DNA of 44,285 nt, from NCBI GenBank assembly GCA_043802315.1, contig JAZDLE010000036.1, positions 1 through 44,285 on the forward strand, given 5' to 3'. The stretch is from Nitrospirota bacterium (lineage in GTDB: Bacteria; Nitrospirota; Thermodesulfovibrionia; Thermodesulfovibrionales; SM23-35). Positions 1 through 8,749 of the stretch are shown piece after piece. Within the stretch, counting starts at the first letter, position 1. The number at the start of each line of letters is the position of its first letter. Below the pieces are notes generated by a model. That model was not told the origin of the DNA. It did not search any database and saw only the letters and a list, made by a program, of their open reading frames with translations. The position numbers and the translations under genes were made by a program.

Positions 1-343
1 TAAGGCTGTCTCTTCCTATTGCCCGATAGAGGTAGAAAGCCTTAACAGCATCACCTCCGATTAGACCTGGAAGTATGGTATTAAAGAAAGAGCCTATCAT
101 ATACAGTGGGAAAAGCTTTTTTATTCCGAGTGTACCAGGAAGAAGGAGCTTCCACCTCACTGTTGATATAAATTGAGCAAATAGGGAGAGAAGTATGGCT
201 GAAATGAAGGCAGAGAAATTCATGCCTTTCAATGTAGAGAAAACCTGCTCAGGCTCTGCCCTTGATAAGACGATAGAAATGAGCACAGAACTTACTGTGA
301 GCTTAAGGGTGAGAAAAAATATTCTCTTTGCTTTAGGGGCCAA
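1..343 (-). CDS. UPF0104 / LPG-synthase-TM-like ('flippase-like') integral membrane protein, N-terminal part; the 3' end lies beyond the window edge
   Basis: Own translation of the - strand. The ORF is edge-truncated and so is absent from the ORF track. Sequence: ..VLISIVLSRAEPEQVFSTLKGMNFSAFISAILLSLFAQFISTVRWKLLLPGTLGIKKLFPLYMIGSFFNTILPGLIGGDAVKAFYLYRAIG.. The RW-x-LL and PG-x-x-GGD motifs are typical of this family. The start is ambiguous: TTG 343, GTG 286 or ATG 223. Confidence 0.5.
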   Translation of the reverse strand, partial: MAPKAKRIFFLTLKLTVSSVLISIVLSRAEPEQVFSTLKGMNFSAFISAILLSLFAQFISTVRWKLLLPGTLGIKKLFPLYMIGSFFNTILPGLIGGDAVKAFYLYRAIGRDSL

Positions 344-1271
344 TGATCTTCTTAATCACATAGATGGGTTTTCTCTGGCTTTCATGATAGACCCTCACGA
401 GCATCTCACCAAGAAGGCCCATTCCGATAAGCTGAATCCCAACGATAATCAAGAGAGCACCGAGCAGGAGAAGAGGTCTCCCCCCGATATTATGTCCGGA
501 AAAGATTTTATCTACAGCCAGGTAAAGGGATATGAGGAAACCGAGGAATCCGCTTATGACACCTACGGGACCAAAGAATTGAATTGGTTTCGTGGAAAAG
601 CTCTGGAGAAATTTTACGGTAATTAAATCCAAGACGACCTTTATCGTTCGTGAAATACCATATTTTGATCTTCCCTTGAGCCTCGGATGGTGCACAACCT
701 CTACCTCTGCAACCCTCACACCATACCAGCTCGCAACAGCAGGGATAAACCTGTGCATCTCTCCATAGAGTTTCAGGTTTTTTATCACATCCCTTCTGTA
801 TGCCTTCAGAGAGCAACCATAATCGTGGAGCTTTACGCCTGTAACTTTACTGATAAGCCAGTTTGCTAACAGGGAGGGAAGCGTTCTCCTGAAAAACGGG
901 TCCTTCCTTTTTTTTCTCCATCCACTCACGAGGTCATTGTCTTTTGTCAGTTCAAGAAGTTTCGGGATATCAGCAGGGTCATTCTGGAGGTCACCATCCA
1001 TTGTTACGACAATGTCTCCGCGTGCAAAATCGAATCCTGCTGCAAATGCTGCAGTCTGGCCGAAGTTGCGTCTCAGGCTCAGTACAACAACCCTGGTATC
1101 CTTAGCCTGAATTTCTTCAAGGAGAGAGAGAGTCCTGTCAGTGCTTCCATCATCTACAAAAAGTATCTCGTATTCCTTTTTTAGAGAATCAAGGGTTTCC
1201 TTCAGTTTCTCATAGAGGATAGGTATACTTTCCTCTTCATTGTAAAGAGGTATGATTACGGAAAGGGTCAT
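333..1271 (-). CDS. Family 2 glycosyltransferase, polyprenyl-phosphate sugar transferase type (ArnC/GtrB/DPM1-like)
   Basis: 312-aa ORF. It has the GT-A signature VIIPLYNEEESI..FVDDGSTD..MDGDLQNDP and two C-terminal TM helices. It sits directly downstream of an ArnT-like GT39 gene, with a TAATG-type junction at 1271. Confidence 0.85.
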   Translation of the reverse strand: MTLSVIIPLYNEEESIPILYEKLKETLDSLKKEYEILFVDDGSTDRTLSLLEEIQAKDTRVVVLSLRRNFGQTAAFAAGFDFARGDIVVTMDGDLQNDPADIPKLLELTKDNDLVSGWRKKRKDPFFRRTLPSLLANWLISKVTGVKLHDYGCSLKAYRRDVIKNLKLYGEMHRFIPAVASWYGVRVAEVEVVHHPRLKGRSKYGISRTIKVVLDLITVKFLQSFSTKPIQFFGPVGVISGFLGFLISLYLAVDKIFSGHNIGGRPLLLLGALLIIVGIQLIGMGLLGEMLVRVYHESQRKPIYVIKKIIGP

Positions 1272-3376
1272 TAATACGTTCCTGGTTTTTCTTCTCTCAT
1301 GCCCTTAAAATCATAGCACAGCAAGAGAGAATAATCTCTGATTTTCTCATTGTTAATGTAAACCGTAAAGAGCCTTTTCTCGATCTTTTCAAAAGCACTG
1401 GCTACCGGTTCGGGTACCTTGGTATCCCCTATTCTAACAAGGATTGCATTATGATGGAGGAGTTCATGAAATCCAGGCCAGAGGTCGTACTGGTTCATCC
1501 TGCGGTCAAGGTTAATGCAATAAGTGATAGGATGTCCTTTTACATAAAAGGCGAGTTCACTTGAAACCTGGTACCTATCAGAAAATATAAATATGGCCCT
1601 CCCTTCATACATCTCTTCGTATATCTTCGTCACCTCTGACCCAAGTTCTTTCCAACCTCTTAGCCTGCTGGTAGGGTCTTTTTTGGCAGGAAGGTTAAGG
1701 ATTGAAGGATAATGCGCCAAGGCCGTAACGACCACAGATAGGAGAACTGCTGTTGCAATGAAAATCATTTTGCCTTTTCTTTCAGGAAAAACCTTTTTGG
1801 AGAATGCAGAAAAAGAAAGAATGCCTGTTATATAACCTGGTAGTGCCCAGTTTGCCTGCACCTTACCCTGAAGACTTTTTAAAAGGAAAAAGGCAATGAT
1901 AGGAATAGAAAACCAGAAAAGAAGATCACCCCCTTTCTGTTTCCGTTGGTTCCAGAGAGAGAAGGTCATGAGTATAAAGAGAAGAGGGGTAATTACTCCA
2001 AACTGTGAGCCAACAAATTCAAAGAAACTTCTTAAGGCTATTCTTGCGCCCTCTGCTACATGTGCCTGTCCTGCTGTATGTCTCAGGGTGACCCACTCAT
2101 GGTCTGCATTCCACAGTAATACAGGACTGAAGACCAGAAGGCTTATGATAAAAGCGATATAAGGACCTGTCGTTAGTAAAAGTCTCCTCTCCCTCAAGAA
2201 TAAGAAAAGAAAAGCGCAGAGATAAAAGAGTGCCATGGTGTATTTTGTGAGAAGACCAAAGCCCACTGAAAAGCCAAGGAGGATCCAGTATATGAGTGAT
2301 GTGTGATTAGTTCGTGATGCGTAATCCGTGATGCGTGATGAGTCAAATCCCTCCTTGCCCCCTTTAGAAAAAGGGGGGGTGGGGGGATTACTGGAGTGTA
2401 AGGGATGATATGAGTTTTCTATTGAAAGATAAAACAAAAATAATGACAGTATCCAAAAGAATATAAAGGGTGAATCTATGGTGAATATTATCCCGAATGT
2501 TGAAAAAAGTGGGATAATCTGTATCAATATTGCTGAGAAAAGTCCGACCTGTTTATCATACAGTTTCTTCCCGAGGATATACATGTAGATACTACTGAGA
2601 TAAGAGAAGATGACCGCCATCATTCTGATACCAAAGACATTGTCTCCGAGTATCATAGTGCCAAAATATATGAGATATGCGATCATCGGCCCTTTTGAGT
2701 AATAACTCAAATCAAGCCTCCGCGACCACTCCCAGTAATGAGCTTCGTCAGGACTCAAATCGAGAAATCCCTTCTGGATGTAATATATGCGGAAAAGACT
2801 AAGTGCAAGGAGGAAAACAAAGAGTATAGTAGAGTAAGGTTTTATCTTAAACCTCTCATATGCCATGTTATAGAAACCAATTAAACATAGTGCTAACCCA
2901 ATGCCGACGAGTCCGCCCACAAGAGAATCTGAAGGATAATGTACACCAACGTAGATCCTTGAAAAACTCACAAGAAAGGCAATGATTAAAAAGGCATATC
3001 GCAACCTGTTTTTAAAGAGGATAAGAAATGGTACTGCAAAAGCAAAACTGTTCGCAGCATGGCTTGAAGGCATCGAGTAAGAACTGCTACAACCAACAAG
3101 GAGGTGGACACCTTCGAGTTCGTTGCAGGGCCGCGGCCTTTCAAAAATATGTTTAAGGATATATAAACCCCAATCGGATAAAGCTAAGGAGGCAAAACCG
3201 AGCACTAAGACAAGGCATGCCTTTTTCCAGTCCTTGTAAAAGAACCATCCTACGAAAGGGAATATCAGGAGATATGCCTTGCTTGTAAAAAAAGGCATGG
3301 CAACATCGAAAAGTCTGTTCTGGAGGTCTCTGTTTATGAAGAAAAAGATGAGGGTATCTACCTCAGGAAGGCTCAT
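1271..3376 (-). CDS. Fusion protein: N-terminal PAP2 (acid phosphatase / undecaprenyl-PP phosphatase-like) domain plus GT39 (ArnT/PMT-like) polyprenyl-phosphate-dependent glycosyltransferase
   Basis: 701-aa ORF. PAP2 motifs: KHIFERPRP, SMPSSH, SRIYVGVHYPSD. These are followed by a polytopic GT39-like region (DEAHYWEWSRRLDLSYYSKGPMIAY..). It contains an in-frame repeat insertion at 2313-2389. Confidence 0.75.
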   Translation of the reverse strand: MSLPEVDTLIFFFINRDLQNRLFDVAMPFFTSKAYLLIFPFVGWFFYKDWKKACLVLVLGFASLALSDWGLYILKHIFERPRPCNELEGVHLLVGCSSSYSMPSSHAANSFAFAVPFLILFKNRLRYAFLIIAFLVSFSRIYVGVHYPSDSLVGGLVGIGLALCLIGFYNMAYERFKIKPYSTILFVFLLALSLFRIYYIQKGFLDLSPDEAHYWEWSRRLDLSYYSKGPMIAYLIYFGTMILGDNVFGIRMMAVIFSYLSSIYMYILGKKLYDKQVGLFSAILIQIIPLFSTFGIIFTIDSPFIFFWILSLFLFYLSIENSYHPLHSSNPPTPPFSKGGKEGFDSSRITDYASRTNHTSLIYWILLGFSVGFGLLTKYTMALFYLCAFLFLFLRERRLLLTTGPYIAFIISLLVFSPVLLWNADHEWVTLRHTAGQAHVAEGARIALRSFFEFVGSQFGVITPLLFILMTFSLWNQRKQKGGDLLFWFSIPIIAFFLLKSLQGKVQANWALPGYITGILSFSAFSKKVFPERKGKMIFIATAVLLSVVVTALAHYPSILNLPAKKDPTSRLRGWKELGSEVTKIYEEMYEGRAIFIFSDRYQVSSELAFYVKGHPITYCINLDRRMNQYDLWPGFHELLHHNAILVRIGDTKVPEPVASAFEKIEKRLFTVYINNEKIRDYSLLLCYDFKGMREEKPGTY
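2313..2389. repeat. Composite repeat inside the GT39 CDS: duplicated decamer CGTGATGCGT (2313-2322, 2327-2336) followed by a G/C-tract nested palindrome (2346-2389)
   Basis: The + strand reads cgtgatgcgtaatccgtgatgcgtgatgagtcaaatccctccttgccccctttagaaaaagggggggtggggggatt. The - strand CDS reads it as ..NPPTPPFSKGGKEGFDSSRITDYASRT.. Confidence 0.85.
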
Positions 3377-3400
3377 CGAAGATATCTCACACCTTCTTCA

Positions 3401-4942
3401 TCAATTCTTCAGCCCTGCCTTATCCGTTACCCATTTAATGATCTCTTCTACCATTGCCTCAATGGTTGCCTCTTTGGGCATAACGTCAACATGAAGCCCG
3501 GCTTTTTCAACAGCCTTAGCTGTTACAGGCCCTATAACAGCAATGGTTACACCCTTGAGGAGCTCATCAGCATCTTCTCCCATTATCTCTCTGAAGTTAT
3601 TAAAAGTTGCTGCGCTTGTGAAGGTGGCTATTGAAATCCTTCCCTCTTTTAAAAATCTTCTCAATCTCTTTCCACGAGATTCTGGCTTTATCGTTCTGTA
3701 TGCAACAGGTATATCTATCTCTCCACCGAGTTCTCTAACTTTTTCTGGAAAAATCTCTCTCGCTACTTCTGCTCTTGGCAGTAAAAATCTTATTCCCTTT
3801 AATCCTTTAGCTTTTGAGCCTTCAAACTCTTGAATCAATTTAATCAGTCCTTCGGCACGAAATTCATCAGGGAGTACATCTGTCTTTATACCGTACTTTT
3901 TTATCTCTTCTGCTGTTTTCGTTCCTATAACGCATATCTTTATCCCCTTTAAATCTCTGATGTCTCTATCTTTGTCAAAAAATCTTTTGAAAAAATATTT
4001 CACCCCGTTTCTGCTTGTGAAAATCAACCAGTCATACGTATCAATGTTATCGATTGACTTATCAAGCTCTTCGTAGTTATCCGGTGGTACAACCTCTATT
4101 GTGGGAAATTCGATAATCTCAGCCCCAAGCTCTTCTAATGGTTCAAACCCTTCCATGTGCTCTCTTGTAACGAGTATTCTATGCCCGAACAGTTGTTTTT
4201 TCTCATACCATTTCGGAGATTCCCTGAGCCTTACAACATCTCCGACAACCATCGTGGCAGGTGGTTTTATATCCTTTTCTTTGATAATCCCACTGATATC
4301 TTTTAATGTTCCGACAACTGTTTTCTGATCAGGCCTTGTACCCCATCTGATAACGGCAACGGGTGTATCAGGGCTCCTACCGTTTTCTATAAGTTTTTGG
4401 ATGACCATGTCTATATTCTTTACAGCCATGAGAAAAACGAGCGTGTCAACACTCGTTGAAAGCTTTGACCAGTCGATGGAGCTCTCTTTTTTTGTTGTAT
4501 CCTCATAACCCGGAATGACAGCAAAGGAAGATGAATATAGCCTATGAGTGAGGGGGATCCCTGCATAGGCAGGGGCTGCAACTGATGAGCTTACACCAGG
4601 GACTACTTCAAACTCGATTTTGTTTTGAGCAAGGGCTTCTGCCTCCTCTCCACCGCGACCAAATATAAAAGGATCTCCGCCCTTGAGCCTGCATATAATC
4701 TTGCCCTCCTTCGCCTTTTGGATAAGGATTTTATTAATCTCTTTCTGTGTCATGGTGTGGTGCCCACTTCGCTTGCCAGCATAAATGAACTCGGCGTCGT
4801 GATTGCTATAATTTAATACCTGGGCATTGAGATGGAAATCATAGATAACGACCTCTGCCTTCTGAAGGCACCTCAAACCCTTTACCGTAAGAAGCCCAAT
4901 ATCACCAGGGCCTGCGCCAACTATATAGACCTTGCCTTTCAT
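3401..4942 (-). CDS. cobA/hemD: Bifunctional uroporphyrinogen-III C-methyltransferase / uroporphyrinogen-III synthase
   Basis: 513 aa. The N-terminal SUMT signature is VYIVGAGPGDIGLLTVKGLRCLQKAEVVIYD..GGDPFIFGRGGEE. The C-terminal ~250 aa has a HemD-like repeat architecture. Confidence 0.88.
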   Translation of the reverse strand: MKGKVYIVGAGPGDIGLLTVKGLRCLQKAEVVIYDFHLNAQVLNYSNHDAEFIYAGKRSGHHTMTQKEINKILIQKAKEGKIICRLKGGDPFIFGRGGEEAEALAQNKIEFEVVPGVSSSVAAPAYAGIPLTHRLYSSSFAVIPGYEDTTKKESSIDWSKLSTSVDTLVFLMAVKNIDMVIQKLIENGRSPDTPVAVIRWGTRPDQKTVVGTLKDISGIIKEKDIKPPATMVVGDVVRLRESPKWYEKKQLFGHRILVTREHMEGFEPLEELGAEIIEFPTIEVVPPDNYEELDKSIDNIDTYDWLIFTSRNGVKYFFKRFFDKDRDIRDLKGIKICVIGTKTAEEIKKYGIKTDVLPDEFRAEGLIKLIQEFEGSKAKGLKGIRFLLPRAEVAREIFPEKVRELGGEIDIPVAYRTIKPESRGKRLRRFLKEGRISIATFTSAATFNNFREIMGEDADELLKGVTIAVIGPVTAKAVEKAGLHVDVMPKEATIEAMVEEIIKWVTDKAGLKN

Positions 4943-5037
4943 ATCTTTACGTTAATCATTTTATCACAATTGAAAGTCATGGACCTGGTTAAAAAATATC
5001 CAGTGGTTTGGAAGGGTAGGATAAAACAGGTTAGAGG

Positions 5038-5319
5038 TTAGGAAGAATTCATGGCCTCTTTGAGTGCCTTCCCTGCTTTGAAGTGCAGCGCTCTCTTTGA
5101 TGGCACGTCGATCCTCACGCCTGTCTTGGGATTTCTTGCCATCCTCGGTCTTCTGCTCTTTAGTCTGAAGTTCCCGAAACCTCTTATTTCTATCTTATCG
5201 CCTTTGATAATGGCCTCTTTCATAGTTTCGAAGATAGTCCCGATAACAATCTCTGTCTGTTTCCTTGTCAGGCTACCGAACTTTTCTGAAACCTTTTCAA
5301 TGAGTACTGATTTAGTCAT
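5038..5319 (-). CDS. ihfB: Integration host factor beta / HU-family DNA-binding protein
   Basis: 93 aa. The motif ..IEIRGFGNFRLKSRRPRMARNPKTGVRIDVPSKRALHFKAGKALK.. is typical of IHF/HU arms. Its position downstream of rpsA matches the rpsA-ihfB arrangement in E. coli. Confidence 0.75.
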   Translation of the reverse strand: MTKSVLIEKVSEKFGSLTRKQTEIVIGTIFETMKEAIIKGDKIEIRGFGNFRLKSRRPRMARNPKTGVRIDVPSKRALHFKAGKALKEAMNSS

Positions 5320-5338
5320 ATGACCTCCTTAAAAAGTC

Positions 5339-5414
5339 AAGGTTTAAGGTTGCATGATTCAAAGGTTAAAAGGTTTTAAAACCATTAAATTGTTTAACCA
5401 TTAAACTGTTAAAC
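5339..5414. repeat. AAGGTT x4 (5339, 5346, 5362, 5370), GGTTTTAAAACC palindrome (5372-5383) and a 16-nt tandem AACCATTAAAYTGTTW x2 (5380-5411), in the sppA-ihfB spacer
   Basis: Read directly from the sequence. The element lies 20-95 nt upstream of the ihfB start codon. Confidence 0.6.
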
Positions 5415-5427
5415 TTTTCCTTTTTAC

Positions 5428-6276
5428 TTATGGTGTAAAGAGATACTTTACTTTTACACTGGGAGAAATGTCTGTCCATTCTTTAGGAATCTCATTTCGA
5501 ATGAGATCGATGAGAGAGAAACGCTCCTTTTTGCTGACTATCACCGGCTCTCCCTTTATTCCTGAAAGCTTTGCAGCAGCCTGAACTGTATCCGCGAGAT
5601 TTCCGAGCTCGTCGATGAGGCCTATCTTGAGGGCCTGTTCACCTGTAAAGACCCTTCCATCGGCAATCTTTTTGACATCTTCAGGGAGCATTTTTCTTCC
5701 CTCTGCAACGGCTTTAATAAATTGCTCGTGTACGTTGTCAAGAACCCCCTGAAGGATCTCTCTCTCCTCTTTCCCAATTCCTCTGAATATTGATGCTATG
5801 TCTTTGTGTCTACCGCTCTTAACCACCTCTGTTTTTATACCAAGTTTGTTCATGAGTCCTTCTATATTGGGGATTTCCATGATTACTCCAATTGAGCCTG
5901 TAAGGGTTCCGGGATTTGCAATAATCCTCGTTGCAGGTGAGGCTATATAGTAACCTCCTGAAGCAGCAACAGAGCCCATGGATACCAGGACTTTCTTCTT
6001 TACAGCTGCTTTTCTGACCTCTTCGTAAATCTCCTGTGCAGGAGCAACAGCACCTCCAGGGCTGTCAATACGCAGTACGATAGCCTTAATTGATGGGTTC
6101 TTCACATATTCTTTGAGCTCTTCCGTTGTCTCTCTTGAATCTGTAATAAGCCCCTCTATATTGATCAGGGCAATTCGATCACCTATGGGCATACTCTTTT
6201 GAAGCAGTACAAGGATAATGCTTGCGATAATGAGGAGCATAAACAGACCGAGAATGATGAAAAAGACCTTTTTCAC
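5428..6276 (-). CDS. sppA: Signal peptide peptidase SppA, 36K type
   Basis: 282 aa. It has an N-terminal TM anchor, IDSPGGAV and the catalytic-Ser region SVAASGGYYIA. The GTG start overlaps the rpsA stop (GTGA). Confidence 0.85.
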   Translation of the reverse strand: MKKVFFIILGLFMLLIIASIILVLLQKSMPIGDRIALINIEGLITDSRETTEELKEYVKNPSIKAIVLRIDSPGGAVAPAQEIYEEVRKAAVKKKVLVSMGSVAASGGYYIASPATRIIANPGTLTGSIGVIMEIPNIEGLMNKLGIKTEVVKSGRHKDIASIFRGIGKEEREILQGVLDNVHEQFIKAVAEGRKMLPEDVKKIADGRVFTGEQALKIGLIDELGNLADTVQAAAKLSGIKGEPVIVSKKERFSLIDLIRNEIPKEWTDISPSVKVKYLFTP

Positions 6277-7859
6277 TCCTCCAACCTCTTAAGGTTTTTC
6301 ATGCTCAGTCCTATCTTCCTTTCGTCGAGGTCTACCTTTATGATCCTGACCCACATATCATCGCGTTCCTTGAGAGAGTTCTCAGTCTTTTCTGCTGTCT
6401 GCTTTGCGATCTCGGAAGAGTATACGAGGCCTTCAACCCCACCCTCAAGTTCCACGAATATGCCGAAATCGGTAATCCTGAGTACCTTTCCTTTTACCTC
6501 AGAGCCAAGCTTGAAGTTCTCTGGGATCTCATTTAACCAAGGATCAGGTTTGAGCTGCTTCAGGCCGAGGGCTATCCTTTCAGTCTCTGGTTCTATGCTC
6601 AAAATGATTGCCTCAATCCTTTGTCCCTTCCTCAACATTTCTGATGGATGTTTTACATGTTTTGTCCATGAAAAGTCAGAAATGTGAATGAGACCATCCA
6701 CTCCTTCGGGAAGACTGACGAAGGCACCGAAATCAGCAATGGTCTTTACCTTGCCAGAAATCTTCTGGCCAACGGTATAGCGTTGAGAAACAAGCTCCCA
6801 TGGGCTTGGTTTGAGCTGCTTTATACTTAAGGAGAGACGTCTTTCTTCTTTATCTACCTTTACGACAAGAGCTTCAACAGTCTCTCCAATGGAGAGGTAC
6901 TTTGACGGATGTTTTGGCCGCGGCAGCCAGTCTATCTCAGATATGTGCACAAGTCCCTCAAGGCCTTCTTCAAGTTCAATAAAGGCACCATAATCAGTGA
7001 CGCTTACAACTTTGCCTTTTACCTTTTTACCAACAGGATATCTTTCATCCACAGTGAACCAGGGGTCTGACTTTTTCTGCTTGTAACCGAGCGTTACCCT
7101 TTCATGCTCTTCGTCATATTTAAGGACAATGACCTCTACTTCATCTCCAAGAACAAAAAATTCAGAAGGATGGTTTATTCTTCCCCAGGAGATATCTGAG
7201 ATATGGAGCAATCCGTCTATTCCGCCGAGGTCAATGAAAACTCCGTAGTCTGTAATGTTTTTGACTATCCCTTTCATAAGGGCGCCTTCTTTAAGCTTTT
7301 CAAGGGTCTCAGCCTTCTTCCTCTGTCTTTCTTCCTCGAGGATTGCCCTTCTCGATACAATGACATTAGAAAGCCTGTTATTAAGTTTCAAAACCTTGAA
7401 AAGCATTTTTTGCCCCATGAGATTGTCAATCTCCTTTGGAGCTTTTATGTCCACCTGGGAGCCTGGAAGAAAGGCATTTATCCCTGATATATTCACAAAA
7501 AGGCCACCTTTTGTTTTCCCGTCAACAATTCCCTCTACAGGAGTCCCATCCTGAAGTGCTTTCTGTAGAAGCTCCCATGTGTTTATCTTTGTTGCCTTTT
7601 CTTTTGAAAGATTTATAATACCCTCAGAATCCACGATCTCCTCAACGTATACCTCTATATAACCTCCAATTTTTATTGAAGCAAGCTCTTCTTCAGAAAA
7701 TTCCCTGATAGGGACAAACCCTTCAGATTTATACCCGATATCAACTATGACCCCGTCCTGTTTCAATGCTAATATCCTTCCTCTTAATATTGTTCCCTCT
7801 ACAATACTATGAAAGGTCTCAGCATAAAGTCTTTCCATTTCATTGTTTTTAAGTTCCAC
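6273..7859 (-). CDS. rpsA: 30S ribosomal protein S1 (six S1 domains)
   Basis: 528 aa with repeated S1 OB-fold units (G.I..V.DYGAFI.L..G..GL.HISE...). Confidence 0.95.
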   Translation of the reverse strand: MELKNNEMERLYAETFHSIVEGTILRGRILALKQDGVIVDIGYKSEGFVPIREFSEEELASIKIGGYIEVYVEEIVDSEGIINLSKEKATKINTWELLQKALQDGTPVEGIVDGKTKGGLFVNISGINAFLPGSQVDIKAPKEIDNLMGQKMLFKVLKLNNRLSNVIVSRRAILEEERQRKKAETLEKLKEGALMKGIVKNITDYGVFIDLGGIDGLLHISDISWGRINHPSEFFVLGDEVEVIVLKYDEEHERVTLGYKQKKSDPWFTVDERYPVGKKVKGKVVSVTDYGAFIELEEGLEGLVHISEIDWLPRPKHPSKYLSIGETVEALVVKVDKEERRLSLSIKQLKPSPWELVSQRYTVGQKISGKVKTIADFGAFVSLPEGVDGLIHISDFSWTKHVKHPSEMLRKGQRIEAIILSIEPETERIALGLKQLKPDPWLNEIPENFKLGSEVKGKVLRITDFGIFVELEGGVEGLVYSSEIAKQTAEKTENSLKERDDMWVRIIKVDLDERKIGLSMKNLKRLEE

Positions 7860-7866
7860 GAAAAGT

Positions 7867-8703
7867 TTATCCTCCTATATTTCTAATTCTCTCTTCCACT
7901 TCTTTTATGATCCAACCAGGAGTTGATGCCCCAGCCGTAATGCCGACTTTCTTTGCCCCCTTGAACCATACATCTTTAATCTCGGAGGGGGTTTCTATAT
8001 GATAGGTAGCTACGGAAAGAGACCGGCAGAGTTTTGCGAGCTGCGTTGTGTTTGCACTGTTTTTACCGCCTACGACAAGCACCACATCAACCTTATGGGC
8101 CATATCTTCTGCCTCCTTTAATCGAAGGGCTGTGGAGCTGCATATTGTATTATATACTTTTATCTCCTTTGCATATTTTATTGCATGAGAGAGGACCCGT
8201 TTCAATGCCTCAAGAGGTTGAGTTGTTTGGACGACGATACCCACCTTGCTCTTGAGTCTTGGGAGAGGTCTATTACCATCAACTACGATGGCATCATCAC
8301 TTGCATAGCTCATAAGCCCCTTTACCTCTGGGTGCTCCCTTTCCCCCAGGATAACTACCTGATAACCTTCTTCCCTAAGGAGTTTAGCATAATACTGGGC
8401 CTTTTTTACAAATGGACAGGTTGCATCTATTATCTCACACCCCATGCAAGATATCTCTTCTGAGAGGTTACGGGGTATGCCATGGGTTCTAATTATCAGG
8501 GCCTTTATATCCTTTTTCCCTTTTATTTCCTTTATGGGAATGATCCCCTTCTCCTTGAGCTTTTCTACTACCTGGGGATTGTGGATTATCGGTCCAAGGG
8601 TGTATACCCCCTTGTGCTTTTTCCTGGATACGCGGAAGGCTATGTCTACAGCCCTCTTAACGCCAAAGCAGAACCCAGCCGTCTTAGCCACAAGTATTTT
8701 CAT
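7867..8703 (-). CDS. ispH: 4-hydroxy-3-methylbut-2-enyl diphosphate reductase
   Basis: MKILVAKTAGFCFGVKRAV.. is the conserved IspH N-terminus, so ATG 8703 is preferred. The tracked ORF start at 8742 is a GTG that adds MLYALCSMLYASS, which is encoded by a duplicated 11-mer. Confidence 0.9.
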   Translation of the reverse strand: MKILVAKTAGFCFGVKRAVDIAFRVSRKKHKGVYTLGPIIHNPQVVEKLKEKGIIPIKEIKGKKDIKALIIRTHGIPRNLSEEISCMGCEIIDATCPFVKKAQYYAKLLREEGYQVVILGEREHPEVKGLMSYASDDAIVVDGNRPLPRLKSKVGIVVQTTQPLEALKRVLSHAIKYAKEIKVYNTICSSTALRLKEAEDMAHKVDVVLVVGGKNSANTTQLAKLCRSLSVATYHIETPSEIKDVWFKGAKKVGITAGASTPGWIIKEVEERIRNIGG

Positions 8704-8716
8704 TGAACTAGCGTAA

Positions 8717-8741
8717 AGCATAGAGCAAAGAGCATAGAGCA
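8717..8741. repeat. Duplicated 11-mer AGCATAGAGCA (8717-8727, 8731-8741) in the plsC-ispH spacer
   Basis: Read directly from the sequence. The motif is related to the GCTCTTAGCTCT arms of the inverted repeat at 37043-37089. Confidence 0.6.
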
Positions 8742-8749
8742 CAAAGTTT

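Noticed and set aside
195-626. The many 60-195-aa ORFs in the track that lie antisense to or out of frame with long conserved genes. Examples: 195-626, 508-816, 1896-2162, 6199-6687, 8832-9239, 11137-11724, 12487-13110, 24621-25088, 25782-26290, 34700-35212, 38851-39372, 43670-44035.
   Set aside because: They overlap strongly supported genes on the other strand or in another frame, have low-complexity or biased composition, and show no recognisable motifs. They are typical shadow ORFs.
7867-8742. Longer N-terminal extensions offered by the ORF track for ispH (8742), hisC (14702), deoC (27231), dprA (35829), feoB (40745) and the PilV-like gene (44001).
   Set aside because: The extensions overlap upstream genes or are encoded by repeats and lack similarity to the families. 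Internal ATGs reproduce the conserved N-termini and give stop/start coupling.
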